Part shown: one piece after another, positions 28,396 through 35,992 of the stretch
How the letters are laid out: each line of letters starts with the position of its first letter
Position numbering within the stretch: the first letter of the stretch is position 1
From: Minisyncoccota bacterium
GTDB lineage: Bacteria; Patescibacteriota; Minisyncoccia; Phycocordibacterales; UBA12079
Direction: 5' to 3'
Length of the DNA stretch: 64,000 bases
NCBI GenBank assembly: GCA_023140255.1
Contig: JAGLLX010000010.1
Span: 19,774-83,773, forward strand
Made by a program: the position numbers and the translations under genes
Notes under the pieces: generated by a model
What the model was told of the DNA's origin: nothing
What the model saw: the letters and a program-made list of their open reading frames with translations, nothing else
Database searches by the model: none

Positions 28396-28770
28396 ATGGA
28401 AAAATCAGTATTAATTATAGAAGATGAAAAAATTTTATCTAATACGATAAAAGATGAATTAGAAGATGAAGGGTTAGTTGTGTTACAAGCTTTTGATGGA
28501 GAAGAAGGTTTAAAAATGACAAAAGAAGTTAAGCCTGACATTATTTTATTAGATATAATAATGCCTAAACTTGATGGAATAGAAACCTTAAAAGCAATAA
28601 AAGCTGATTCAACAATAAAAAATATCCCCGTCGTTATCTTAACAGTTCATGGTGATTTAGAAAAAATAACTAATACTATTGCGCTGGGAGCAAAAGCATA
28701 TTTTATTAAAGACCAACAAAGTCCTTCTGAAATAAGCGCCGCTATTAAAAATATTTTACATATTTCTTAA
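28396..28770 (+). CDS. response regulator, receiver domain only
   Basis: IEDEK ... DIILLDIIMPKLDGIETL ... LGAKAYFIK. Confidence 0.8.
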   Translation: MEKSVLIIEDEKILSNTIKDELEDEGLVVLQAFDGEEGLKMTKEVKPDIILLDIIMPKLDGIETLKAIKADSTIKNIPVVILTVHGDLEKITNTIALGAKAYFIKDQQSPSEISAAIKNILHIS

Positions 28771-28782
28771 TATCTAAAAATT

Positions 28783-28816
28783 AAAAGAGCGACGAGCTTT
28801 AGCTCGTCGCTCTTTT
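28783..28816. terminator. bidirectional hairpin terminator
   Basis: aaaagagcgacgagc-ttta-gctcgtcgctctttt. Confidence 0.7.
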
Positions 28817-28836
28817 AATTTAAAATCTTATTGTTG

Positions 28837-29664
28837 CTACTGTTGATTTAAAAAACCTTTTGCTTTCTTTAATTGGTCTTTAATCATACTGTCTAAAGGT
28901 TTAAATCCGTTCGCAGGTTTAGGTTTCTCTAAAAGATCACAGCTATCATCCCATTCTTCTTCCCAAGGTTGTAGACACGCTTCTTTAGCTTCACACCAAA
29001 GATAACCTGCTGATCCAATACAACCATGTTCATCTTTGTCTCCTCCAACTCTTTGTTCTTCACGAACTTCTTTTATATCCTCTCTTACATTTGCAACATC
29101 TTCTCTTCTGTCTTTATTTAATTCAGCTAATTCTTCTTTAGCTTCTTCGTCTCCGTCTTTAATTTTTTGAATTAAACCAGCTCTTTCCTCGTTAAATTCT
29201 TGTATTTTTTGCTTTCGTTCTTCTATCTTAGCCTTTTGTTCAGTTAATCTTTCCTGAAGCTTTTCTGCAACTTCTGATTTTTTAGCCTCTGCTTTTTCTA
29301 CAAATGATTCTGCTTTTGCAATCATTCGTTCAGCTTTTGCCTGAGCCTCTTCTGTATCAGCACTCTGGGCAAAAGCTTCAGCTAACTCCATTCTTCTATC
29401 AGCAAAAGCTAAGGCCTTTTCTACTCTTTTTTCTGGATTAAAAGTAAAAGTCATAGAAAAACTTTCTTTTACCCCTATCCACCATAAACCTATATTTGAA
29501 GGAACTTTAACCTCTTCTAATTCTTCTTCTAATATTAATTCTGGTACAGGCATACCTTCATCATAAACTACAGGATCAACTGGCATTTCATCTTCAGCTT
29601 GAACTGTTATAGCCCCTAAAAAAGCCATAGAAAAAATCATTGTGTATAATAATATTTTTTTCAT
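28837..29664 (-). CDS. secreted coiled-coil protein with a C-terminal Cys-containing domain
   Basis: Signal peptide, long E/K/A-rich coiled coil, C-terminal HGCIGSAGYLWCEAKEACLQPWEEEWDDSCD. Preceded by leader element copy 2. Confidence 0.6.
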   Translation of the reverse strand: MKKILLYTMIFSMAFLGAITVQAEDEMPVDPVVYDEGMPVPELILEEELEEVKVPSNIGLWWIGVKESFSMTFTFNPEKRVEKALAFADRRMELAEAFAQSADTEEAQAKAERMIAKAESFVEKAEAKKSEVAEKLQERLTEQKAKIEERKQKIQEFNEERAGLIQKIKDGDEEAKEELAELNKDRREDVANVREDIKEVREEQRVGGDKDEHGCIGSAGYLWCEAKEACLQPWEEEWDDSCDLLEKPKPANGFKPLDSMIKDQLKKAKGFLNQQ

Positions 29665-29764
29665 CCCGTTAGAGATAATCTGCTTTTGACAGATAATCTT
29701 AAGTTAACTAATAATTTTTTATTCCCGTTTTATTTATTCTTTCTAAATCTCTAACGGGATTCAT
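29665..29764 (-). promoter_or_regulatory. leader element copy 2 (minus strand): mini-ORF MNPVRDLERINKTGIKNY (29708-29764) plus the inverted-repeat arm abutting the gene ATG
   Basis: Minus-strand reading: ATGAATCCCGTTAGAGAT ... ATTATCTCTAACGGG then ATG (gene start at 29664). The upstream arm is the first six codons of the mini-ORF. Confidence 0.6.
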
Positions 29765-29849
29765 CTTTTTGTTATCCAATCATCTTTAATGATTGATTAT
29801 AAATTAATAACTATATACATATTATTTTACACCATTTTATTAAAAAACT

Positions 29850-29882
29850 AAACAGGTCAAATATGACCCGTTTAGTTTTTAC
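29850..29882. terminator. hairpin terminator
   Basis: aaactaaacaggtc-aaatat-gacccgtttagttt. Confidence 0.55.
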
Positions 29883-29908
29883 TATTTTTTGCTTTTTTAT
29901 ACTATTTT

Positions 29909-30133
29909 CTATTGCTCATCTACATCATCATAAGAATCTAGGTCATCTTCATCATTGCCTTCTTCTTTTTCTTTTGCTTTTTCTTCAGTATCATTTAAAT
30001 CTTCTTCTACAAGACCCTCTTCTACTGAGTCATCAACAACATCTTCTTCTAAAGAATCTTCTGAGATTGCTCCTCCGTTGATGATGTCATCATCTGTAGG
30101 AACAACTTCACTATTATTTAATTCATTATCCAT
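29909..30133 (-). CDS. hypothetical highly acidic small protein (74 aa, D/E-rich)
   Basis: Terminator downstream. The plus-strand ORFs over the same DNA are low-complexity mirrors. Confidence 0.4.
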   Translation of the reverse strand: MDNELNNSEVVPTDDDIINGGAISEDSLEEDVVDDSVEEGLVEEDLNDTEEKAKEKEEGNDEDDLDSYDDVDEQ

Positions 30134-30289
30134 AATTTTATTTTATTTTATTTAAAATTAAGCTACTTAATAATTTACATTGATTATTTTATAATCTATC
30201 TTTTGAAATTTCAAGATTTATCTGTGGATAATCATAACAAATTAAAAACTTCGTTCAGACCAAAAATCTGAACGAAGCTAATATTTTTT

Positions 30290-30781
30290 TCACTTTTTTA
30301 AAAAAAGCATCGCTGATCCTACAAATAACAGCAATAACCCTCCAAACTGTACCCAACTAAAAGGAAACGCTGGAAAAACTGTAGGAAACATTTTTCCACA
30401 AATCCACGAAAAAATATAAACTAGAGAATTTCCTACCCCTACTACAGCAAAAGGGATAGCAGGGTTAGATACTGCTTTTTCTCCAACAGTACTCATAGCT
30501 TGCACTAGCAAAATATTTGAAGGTCCTCCAATAACAAGTCCTAAGCAAAAAATAAAAAGGCAAGCTTTAAAAGGGGTTACATACCTAATTAATGGAATTG
30601 ATGAAATACTAGCCATAACTAACATGGACAAAAAACACCCCAAAAACCAAAAAATAAAATAGGAATCAGGTGTTAGTCCTTGTCTTTCAAGAACAGGCAT
30701 ACAAATCAACATCAATATCAACCCTAAAAGTGAAACTCCTGTCTTTAATTGCCAAGACCAATTTATTGCGAAAGATAACAT
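30290..30781 (-). CDS. small polytopic membrane protein co-transcribed with tgt; candidate queuosine-precursor transporter (speculative)
   Basis: Five to six TM helices, 163 aa, an 89-bp gap after tgt on the same strand, and a hairpin terminator at 30243-30275. The function is inferred from context only. Confidence 0.45.
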   Translation of the reverse strand: MLSFAINWSWQLKTGVSLLGLILMLICMPVLERQGLTPDSYFIFWFLGCFLSMLVMASISSIPLIRYVTPFKACLFIFCLGLVIGGPSNILLVQAMSTVGEKAVSNPAIPFAVVGVGNSLVYIFSWICGKMFPTVFPAFPFSWVQFGGLLLLFVGSAMLFLKK

Positions 30782-30870
30782 TTTCTCCTCCTTTTTTATA
30801 AACTTTAAATAATTAAAAAATAAACATCTAAAATAGATAATACCTTAAATTAACTTATAAATAAAGATCA

Positions 30871-32082
30871 TCACTTTTTACTATATCCCTTTAAAAACTC
30901 TTCTTTAAATTCAAAAAAATTATCATCCAAAATTGACTGACGAATTTTTTCAACCAAGTTTACAATAAAATATAAATTATGAATTGAAGCTAAAGTTCCT
31001 GCTAGCATTTCTTTTGATCTAAATAAATGTGATAAATAAGCTTTCGTATAATTCTGACAAACATAACAATCACAACTTTCATCTATTTTTGAAAGATCAA
31101 TTTTATACTTAGCATTTAAAATATTTATTTTTCCACTCTTAGTATATAAAGTTCCATTTCTAGCAATCCGAGTAGGAGCAACACAGTCAAATAAATCTAC
31201 CCCATTTTGGATTCCTCCAAAAAGATCTTCTGGTTCCCCTATTCCTAATAAATGCCGAGGTTTTTCTTCCGGTAAAATTGTATTTACCCAAGCTACTGCA
31301 GTGTTCATATCTTCTTTATCAAAAGACCCTCCTATCCCAAACCCATCAAAATCCATCTGTGAAATTACCTTAGCTGATTCTTTTCTTAAGTCCTCAAATC
31401 GCCCTCCCTGAACTATCCCAAATAAAGCTTGTTGCTTTTGTGTAGTCTCTGAAATTCCTAGTTTTTTGTGCTGATTTAAGCTTCTTTCAGCCCAACGATG
31501 AGTTCTATCCATAGCCTCCTTCTGATAGCCAAAATTGGCTTGTGGAGAGGTGCACTCATCAAAAGCAAAGATTATATCAGCCCCTATATTATGCTGTATT
31601 TCGATTGATTTTTCAGGTGTAAAGCGATGTTTAGATCCATCTAAAACAGACCGAAAATCAACCCCATCTTCATCAATTTTTACCAATTTCCCTGACTTAG
31701 CTGTTGGAGAGCTAAGAGTTTCGTTTTCTTCAGTTTTTTGAGCTATTTTGGTAACAGAAGTCCCCCAAGCATCCCCTAATGAAAAAACTTGAAAACCTCC
31801 CGAATCAGTCATTGTGGGTCCTTTCCAATTCATAAATTTAGCAAAACCACCTGCTTTTTTAATTAATTCATCTCCGGGTTGTAAATATAAGTGATAAGTA
31901 TTAGCCAAAACAACTTGAGAACCTATCTCTTTTATTTGTTCAGGTGTCAAAGCTTTTACAGTTGCCTTAGTTCCTACATTTACAAAAGCAGGGGTATTAA
32001 TATTCCCTGAAGGAGTTTTCAAAACACCAACTCTAGCTAATTCATTTTTTAATTTTTTTTCTATTTTAAATTCCATATTCAA
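30871..32082 (-). CDS. tgt: queuine tRNA-ribosyltransferase
   Basis: VLANTYHLYLQPG, DSGGFQV, zinc site CDCYVCQNYTKAYLSHLF. Confidence 0.9.
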   Translation of the reverse strand: MNMEFKIEKKLKNELARVGVLKTPSGNINTPAFVNVGTKATVKALTPEQIKEIGSQVVLANTYHLYLQPGDELIKKAGGFAKFMNWKGPTMTDSGGFQVFSLGDAWGTSVTKIAQKTEENETLSSPTAKSGKLVKIDEDGVDFRSVLDGSKHRFTPEKSIEIQHNIGADIIFAFDECTSPQANFGYQKEAMDRTHRWAERSLNQHKKLGISETTQKQQALFGIVQGGRFEDLRKESAKVISQMDFDGFGIGGSFDKEDMNTAVAWVNTILPEEKPRHLLGIGEPEDLFGGIQNGVDLFDCVAPTRIARNGTLYTKSGKINILNAKYKIDLSKIDESCDCYVCQNYTKAYLSHLFRSKEMLAGTLASIHNLYFIVNLVEKIRQSILDDNFFEFKEEFLKGYSKK

Positions 32083-32257
32083 TTTATTTTTACTTATTGA
32101 AACTAATGATATATCATTTAATATTTTTTATAAAGCCAGTTTTATTAAATTACTTTTTTTTAATAAATATCAATAAAAAAGGAGCGCTCATCCAAAAGAT
32201 GACCGCTCTGTTTATAAAAATTAAATTAAGACAACCCCAATTCTTTTTTAGGAAATA

Positions 32258-32452
32258 TTATACACGAACAACTTTAACCTTTTTCTTTTTCTTACTATTT
32301 GAGGTTTCCCTTAGCCCTATCTTTAAAGCCTCTTTCTCGTTATTAAACGAAAAAGCTCGTTCTTGTTTATGCCCCCAAAACCAAAGACCTAATATTTTTA
32401 CCAACCATTGTGTCCCTTTTTTTAAGGTTCTACAAACAATATATTTTTCCAT
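32258..32452 (-). CDS. hypothetical small basic protein (64 aa)
   Basis: SD aagagg 6 nt upstream of the ATG. Strong terminator at about 32181-32213 on the same strand (gagcggtcatc-ttttg-gatgagcgctc then T-run). Confidence 0.4.
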   Translation of the reverse strand: MEKYIVCRTLKKGTQWLVKILGLWFWGHKQERAFSFNNEKEALKIGLRETSNSKKKKKVKVVRV

Positions 32453-32542
32453 AATAGCACCTCTTTTTTAGAAAAATTATAAAAAGATAATAATAAACAA
32501 TCTAATTATTATTTTATATGTATTTTCTAAAATAACAAGCAT

Positions 32543-33544
32543 TTATAAACTGAAATCACTTAAAGAATACAATTCTTCATCATTTTCATCTTCAGATTGT
32601 GTAGCTGTAAAAGTATTGTCATTCTCACTTAACATTTCTTCTCTTTCATTTTTAATAAAATCAGGATTGTTTTTTTCAAAATTATTTAAAATTATATTTG
32701 CATCATTTTCGACAGCTATTTCATTTTTTAGAATACCAACTATTTTTTTAATATCATCATTAGTAAAGAAATCAATAACTAATTTTCCTCCTGTCTTTTT
32801 CTTTTCTATTTGAACCCTAGTTCCTAATGACTCTGCCAAAGTTTCTTCAAACTCCATTAATTCTGGATCAATAGCAAAATCTTTTTTTCTAACTTTATCA
32901 TAAGCAATTCTTCTCGCTATTTTTTCAGAGTCTCTAACTGACATCTTTTTATAAATGATCTCTTTATATAATGTCATTTGTTCTTGAGGACGATCTTTTA
33001 GCATTAAAATTGGTCTTGTATGCCCTTCAAGAATTTGTCCACTAGCAACAGCTTCCATAATTTCCTCAGGTAAAGCTAAAAGTCTCATTGTATTAGTTAC
33101 ATATTCACGACTTTTTCCCACCTTCTTTCCAATATCAATATGTTTTAAACTGAATTCTTCAATCAACCTCTCAAATGCTTTCGCTCTATCAATAGGGTTT
33201 AAATCTTCTCTTTGTAAATTTTCAATGATAGCTAACTCTAATCTCAAAGCATCGTCTCCTTCATCATCATGAATAATCACAGGGACCTGTGCTAAACCTG
33301 CTAATTTAGAAGCTCTTAATCTTCTTTCTCCAGCAATTAATTCATAAACAGTAGTTAATCCCCCATCCTCCTTTTGTTCTTCTCTACGAGTAACTACTAA
33401 AGGTTGCAATACACCGTATTGCCTAATTGATTCTGATAAAGAATTTAATTTTAGATGATCAAATTCTCGTCTTGGTTGAAAAGGGTTAGGGTTTATTTTT
33501 TCTACTTCTATCCAGTAAATGGAACTATCTTTTTGGTATGACAT
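32543..33544 (-). CDS. parB: ParB/Spo0J-family partition protein with an acidic C-terminal tail
   Basis: LQPLVVTRRE...YELIAGERRLRASKLAGLAQVPVII matches the ParB box region. Confidence 0.8.
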   Translation of the reverse strand: MSYQKDSSIYWIEVEKINPNPFQPRREFDHLKLNSLSESIRQYGVLQPLVVTRREEQKEDGGLTTVYELIAGERRLRASKLAGLAQVPVIIHDDEGDDALRLELAIIENLQREDLNPIDRAKAFERLIEEFSLKHIDIGKKVGKSREYVTNTMRLLALPEEIMEAVASGQILEGHTRPILMLKDRPQEQMTLYKEIIYKKMSVRDSEKIARRIAYDKVRKKDFAIDPELMEFEETLAESLGTRVQIEKKKTGGKLVIDFFTNDDIKKIVGILKNEIAVENDANIILNNFEKNNPDFIKNEREEMLSENDNTFTATQSEDENDEELYSLSDFSL

Positions 33545-33656
33545 GTTTAGTTATTAAATTATATATTATGTCTTTTATTTTAACATAAAAATTAAATTAT
33601 TGAAAAAAAAGGTTAATTACTCTATAATACTAAAATAGATTTAATTAATTGTGCCT

Positions 33657-33740
33657 GCCGGAGTGGCGGAATTGGTAGACGCGCACGACTCAAAATCGTG
33701 TAGGGCAACCTGTGAGAGTTCGATTCTCTCCTCCGGCACA
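33657..33740 (+). tRNA. tRNA-Leu (anticodon CAA), type II
   Basis: Acceptor GCCGGAG/CTCCGGC, anticodon stem CACGA/TCGTG with loop CTCAAAA, long variable arm, T arm GAGAG-TTCGATT-CTCTC. Confidence 0.85.
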
Positions 33741-33919
33741 TAAAACAAAGAACCCAAAGCATTTAGCTTTGGGTAATTTTGTTTTAGTGTTGAGGAGTAA
33801 ATCGAAACGAACGAAGTATATTTTCCGTAATGAAGTGAAGGAAAATACGAGTGAGCGGGGTCGCGAGTTCTTAACGAAGACGAGTCTGCAAGGCGAAGTC
33901 TGAGTTTAGAACTGGAGAC

Positions 33920-33944
33920 CGATTCTCTCCTCCGGCACATAAAA
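33920..33944 (+). repeat. direct copy of the tRNA-Leu 3' end plus trailer (25/25 nt identical to 33721-33745)
   Basis: CGATTCTCTCCTCCGGCACATAAAA repeated 199 bp downstream. Confidence 0.8.
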
Positions 33945-33949
33945 TAATA

Positions 33950-34430
33950 CTTATCCAAAAAAGCTTGACAAATATTTTAGATATGTTATTTTTATGTACA
34001 GTTGTATCTTTTGTGGAAGTAAAGAATTTGTTGGGCTGTCTGACAAATATCTTAATTTCACATCCAAAAAGGAGAAAGGCTATGAAAAAGCTCTGGAAAT
34101 CAACAGCAAACCCGCCCGGGTCAACAAGCAAATCTTTTAAAATAATTTTTGATTCCGCCGCCCCCGGTCACGGACCCGATACCGCCACCCAAAAACGAGA
34201 ATGACGGCGATAATCCGGTCCAGCACCGATCCTTCCTCCAACGATGGAGTCGATACGGATCGGTGCTTGCAGTAAAAGGTTTTGGTGGAGTCCTAATATT
34301 AAGAGGATGTGGAAGCCAGAGTCTTGGGAGAAACGAGTATTCACCCTCTCCCAAAAATGAATGTATGTCGTAGTAGCCGACCAAAAAAAGTTACTATCCG
34401 GTGACATTAATCTGTCACCCAACCCCTCAG
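33950..34430. other. GC-rich anomalous segment, probably a non-coding structured element, unassigned
   Basis: Locally very GC-rich tracts (for example GATTCCGCCGCCCCCGGTCACGGACCCGATACCGCCACCC) in a roughly 30% GC genome. Overlapping ORFs in all six frames with nonsense translations. Internal 10-bp stems such as gcaccgatcc...ggatcggtgc. Ends at a GC-rich terminator. Confidence 0.3.
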
Positions 34431-34466
34431 GGGCGCCCAATCATAATTGGGGCGCCCCTTTTTTAT
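34431..34466 (+). terminator. GC-rich rho-independent terminator
   Basis: aggggcgcccaat-cat-aattggggcgcccc followed by TTTTTT. Confidence 0.7.
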
Positions 34467-34631
34467 ATTTAAAATGTCGGCTACCATATAGCCAGCATTC
34501 AATATTTTGGGGTTTTACTATTCCAGTTAACTGGAATAGTAAAGACCAAAATACTAAACTTCTCACAGAAATAAACAAAATTTAAATTTGTTCATACTAA
34601 AAACTAATTACTATAAACTAACTTACTGAAG

Positions 34632-34706
34632 TGAGCCACCTGTCAGATTCGAACTGACGACCTACGGTTTACAAAACCGTTGCTCTACCAACTGAGCTAA
34701 GGTGGC
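34632..34706 (-). tRNA. tRNA-Thr (anticodon TGT)
   Basis: Minus strand: GCCACCT-TA-GCTC-AGTTGGTAGA-GC-A-ACGGT-TTTGTAA-ACCGT-AGGTC-GTCAG-TTCGAAT-CTGAC-AGGTGGC-T. Confidence 0.85.
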
Positions 34707-34882
34707 TTGATGTTTAATTATGTTATCATATTTTCAATAAATCTAAAACCGTTGCTCCGCCTATTTCCTATCTCGCTATCGCTCGATAACGGAAATTTTT
34801 TCTTTTAGAAAAATCGGATGAAAAACAAGTAGGTTTGTTTTTCCTTCAACTGCCCGTCCAAGACGGGTCAGCCTTGGGCTGA

Positions 34883-34922
34883 AGCTAAGATGGCTTGGTG
34901 TTTAATTATATTATCATATTTT
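34883..34922 (-). repeat. direct copy of the tRNA-Thr 5' end plus about 26 nt of its upstream (promoter-side) sequence (about 36/40 identical to 34695-34734)
   Basis: AGCTAAGATGGCTTGGTGTTTAATTATATTATCATATTTT versus AGCTAAGGTGGCTTGATGTTTAATTATGTTATCATATTTT, 188 bp away. Confidence 0.75.
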
Positions 34923-34937
34923 TCTAGAAATTCAATA

Positions 34938-35324
34938 CTAAAATCTTAGTTCATCTCTATCCTCTAAAGCCTTATTTTTATGTTCTTCTATATTTTTTAA
35001 ATAATCTGAATTAGGTGCCGCAATTTTTTGTTTATATAATTTATCAATCTGATTATTAGTTCTTTTAATTATTTTATTTTTAAGTAAAATAACTTTTCTT
35101 TTAATTTTAAATAAAAATTCTGTTCCCTCCAATAGCAATAAAATCAAAAGTTTTTTTAAATATTTTCTCAATAAAAGAAATAATTTTTCAAAAAAATCAT
35201 CGCTTCTTTGCATAAATCCAGAACTTACAAAATTCATCCAAAATTTTAATCTAGACCCTTTGAAAATAAGCATCAAACAAACAAGAATCCCTGATATTAA
35301 TATACTTACTATTAAATAAATCAT
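34938..35324 (-). CDS. hypothetical small membrane protein
   Basis: N-terminal TM helix followed by a K-rich region. Lies upstream of tsf on the same strand. Confidence 0.4.
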   Translation of the reverse strand: MIYLIVSILISGILVCLMLIFKGSRLKFWMNFVSSGFMQRSDDFFEKLFLLLRKYLKKLLILLLLEGTEFLFKIKRKVILLKNKIIKRTNNQIDKLYKQKIAAPNSDYLKNIEEHKNKALEDRDELRF

Positions 35325-35352
35325 ATGATCTTTTTATAGTTTTTGGGCTTAA

Positions 35353-35934
35353 TTAAATTGAAAAACGTACAAAATTTCCAATTTCAATTTTTTCCCCAAA
35401 TTTTTGAGTTCCTTCTTGGATTAAAGTAGCAATTGTTTTACTAGGATCTTTAATGAACTCTTGTTCTAGTAAAATTTTACTTTTAAAATGAGCGTCTAAT
35501 TTTCCTTCTAAAATCTTTGCTTGCATTTCTTCTGGCTTATCAGCAACTTCTGTTTGAAAAACTTCAATAGCTTTTGCTCTAGCTTCTTCTGAAATCTCTT
35601 CTTTTTTCAAGAATAAAGGAGCTGTAGCCGTAATTTGCATAGCAATATCATAAGCTAAAGCTTGAAAATCTTCATTTTTAGCTACAAAATCTGTCTCACA
35701 TAATAATTCTATCATTGAACCAGCAGAACCGCCAGTATGAATATAAGATTTCACAATTCCTGAACCAAGATTTCTACCTGATTTCTTTTCTGCTATTTGT
35801 TTAGATTGTTTACTAAGTAAAATAACTGCTTTTTCCATATCACCACCTGCTTCTTCCAAAGCTTTCTTACACTGCATAACAGAAATACCTGTTTTATCTC
35901 TTAATTCCTTTACTTGTTCTGTTGTTATTTGCAT
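35353..35934 (-). CDS. tsf: elongation factor Ts (short form)
   Basis: MQITTEQVKELRDKTGISVMQCKKALEEAGGDMEKAV matches the UBA-like N-terminus of EF-Ts. Confidence 0.9.
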   Translation of the reverse strand: MQITTEQVKELRDKTGISVMQCKKALEEAGGDMEKAVILLSKQSKQIAEKKSGRNLGSGIVKSYIHTGGSAGSMIELLCETDFVAKNEDFQALAYDIAMQITATAPLFLKKEEISEEARAKAIEVFQTEVADKPEEMQAKILEGKLDAHFKSKILLEQEFIKDPSKTIATLIQEGTQKFGEKIEIGNFVRFSI

Positions 35935-35992
35935 ATTAATTTATAGTTAATAAAAGAAAAATCGCTCTACGATTTTTCTTTATTTTAATGTT

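Noticed and set aside
29863-30155. Plus-strand ORFs 29863..30081 and 29955..30155
   Set aside because: They are low-complexity His/Leu/Ser-rich mirrors of the acidic minus-strand ORF, with no RBS. The minus-strand gene has a terminator.
30782-30870. preQ1 riboswitch upstream of the tgt-associated membrane protein
   Set aside because: The region is the 89-bp tgt to membrane-protein intergenic spacer with an SD. No preQ1-I/II consensus (for example a CCCUC-containing hairpin) was visible.
32097-32471. Plus-strand ORF 32097..32471 (124 aa)
   Set aside because: It is an AT-rich, Phe/Leu/Ile-rich intergenic translation with no RBS. It overlaps a minus-strand small ORF that has an SD and a terminator.
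33950-34466. tmRNA, RNase P RNA, SRP RNA or rRNA fragment as the identity of the GC-rich segment
   Set aside because: No tag reading frame ending in a hydrophobic tail was found, and no tRNA-like acceptor pairing. RNase P-like strings (GGAGGAAGGATCGG..., CCGGATTATCG) occur adjacent and in the wrong order rather than 250 nt apart. No GGAA-tetraloop domain IV was found, and 16S/23S universal motifs were not found. The identity was left open rather than forcing a call.
33871-34585. Six overlapping ORFs (33871..34131-, 33965..34204+, 34121..34384-, 34149..34373+, 34168..34440-, 34361..34585+) as protein-coding genes
   Set aside because: They are mutually overlapping in all frames, the translations are low-complexity nonsense, and the local GC is anomalous. 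This is typical of a structured RNA or foreign fragment, so they are reported as an unassigned element instead.
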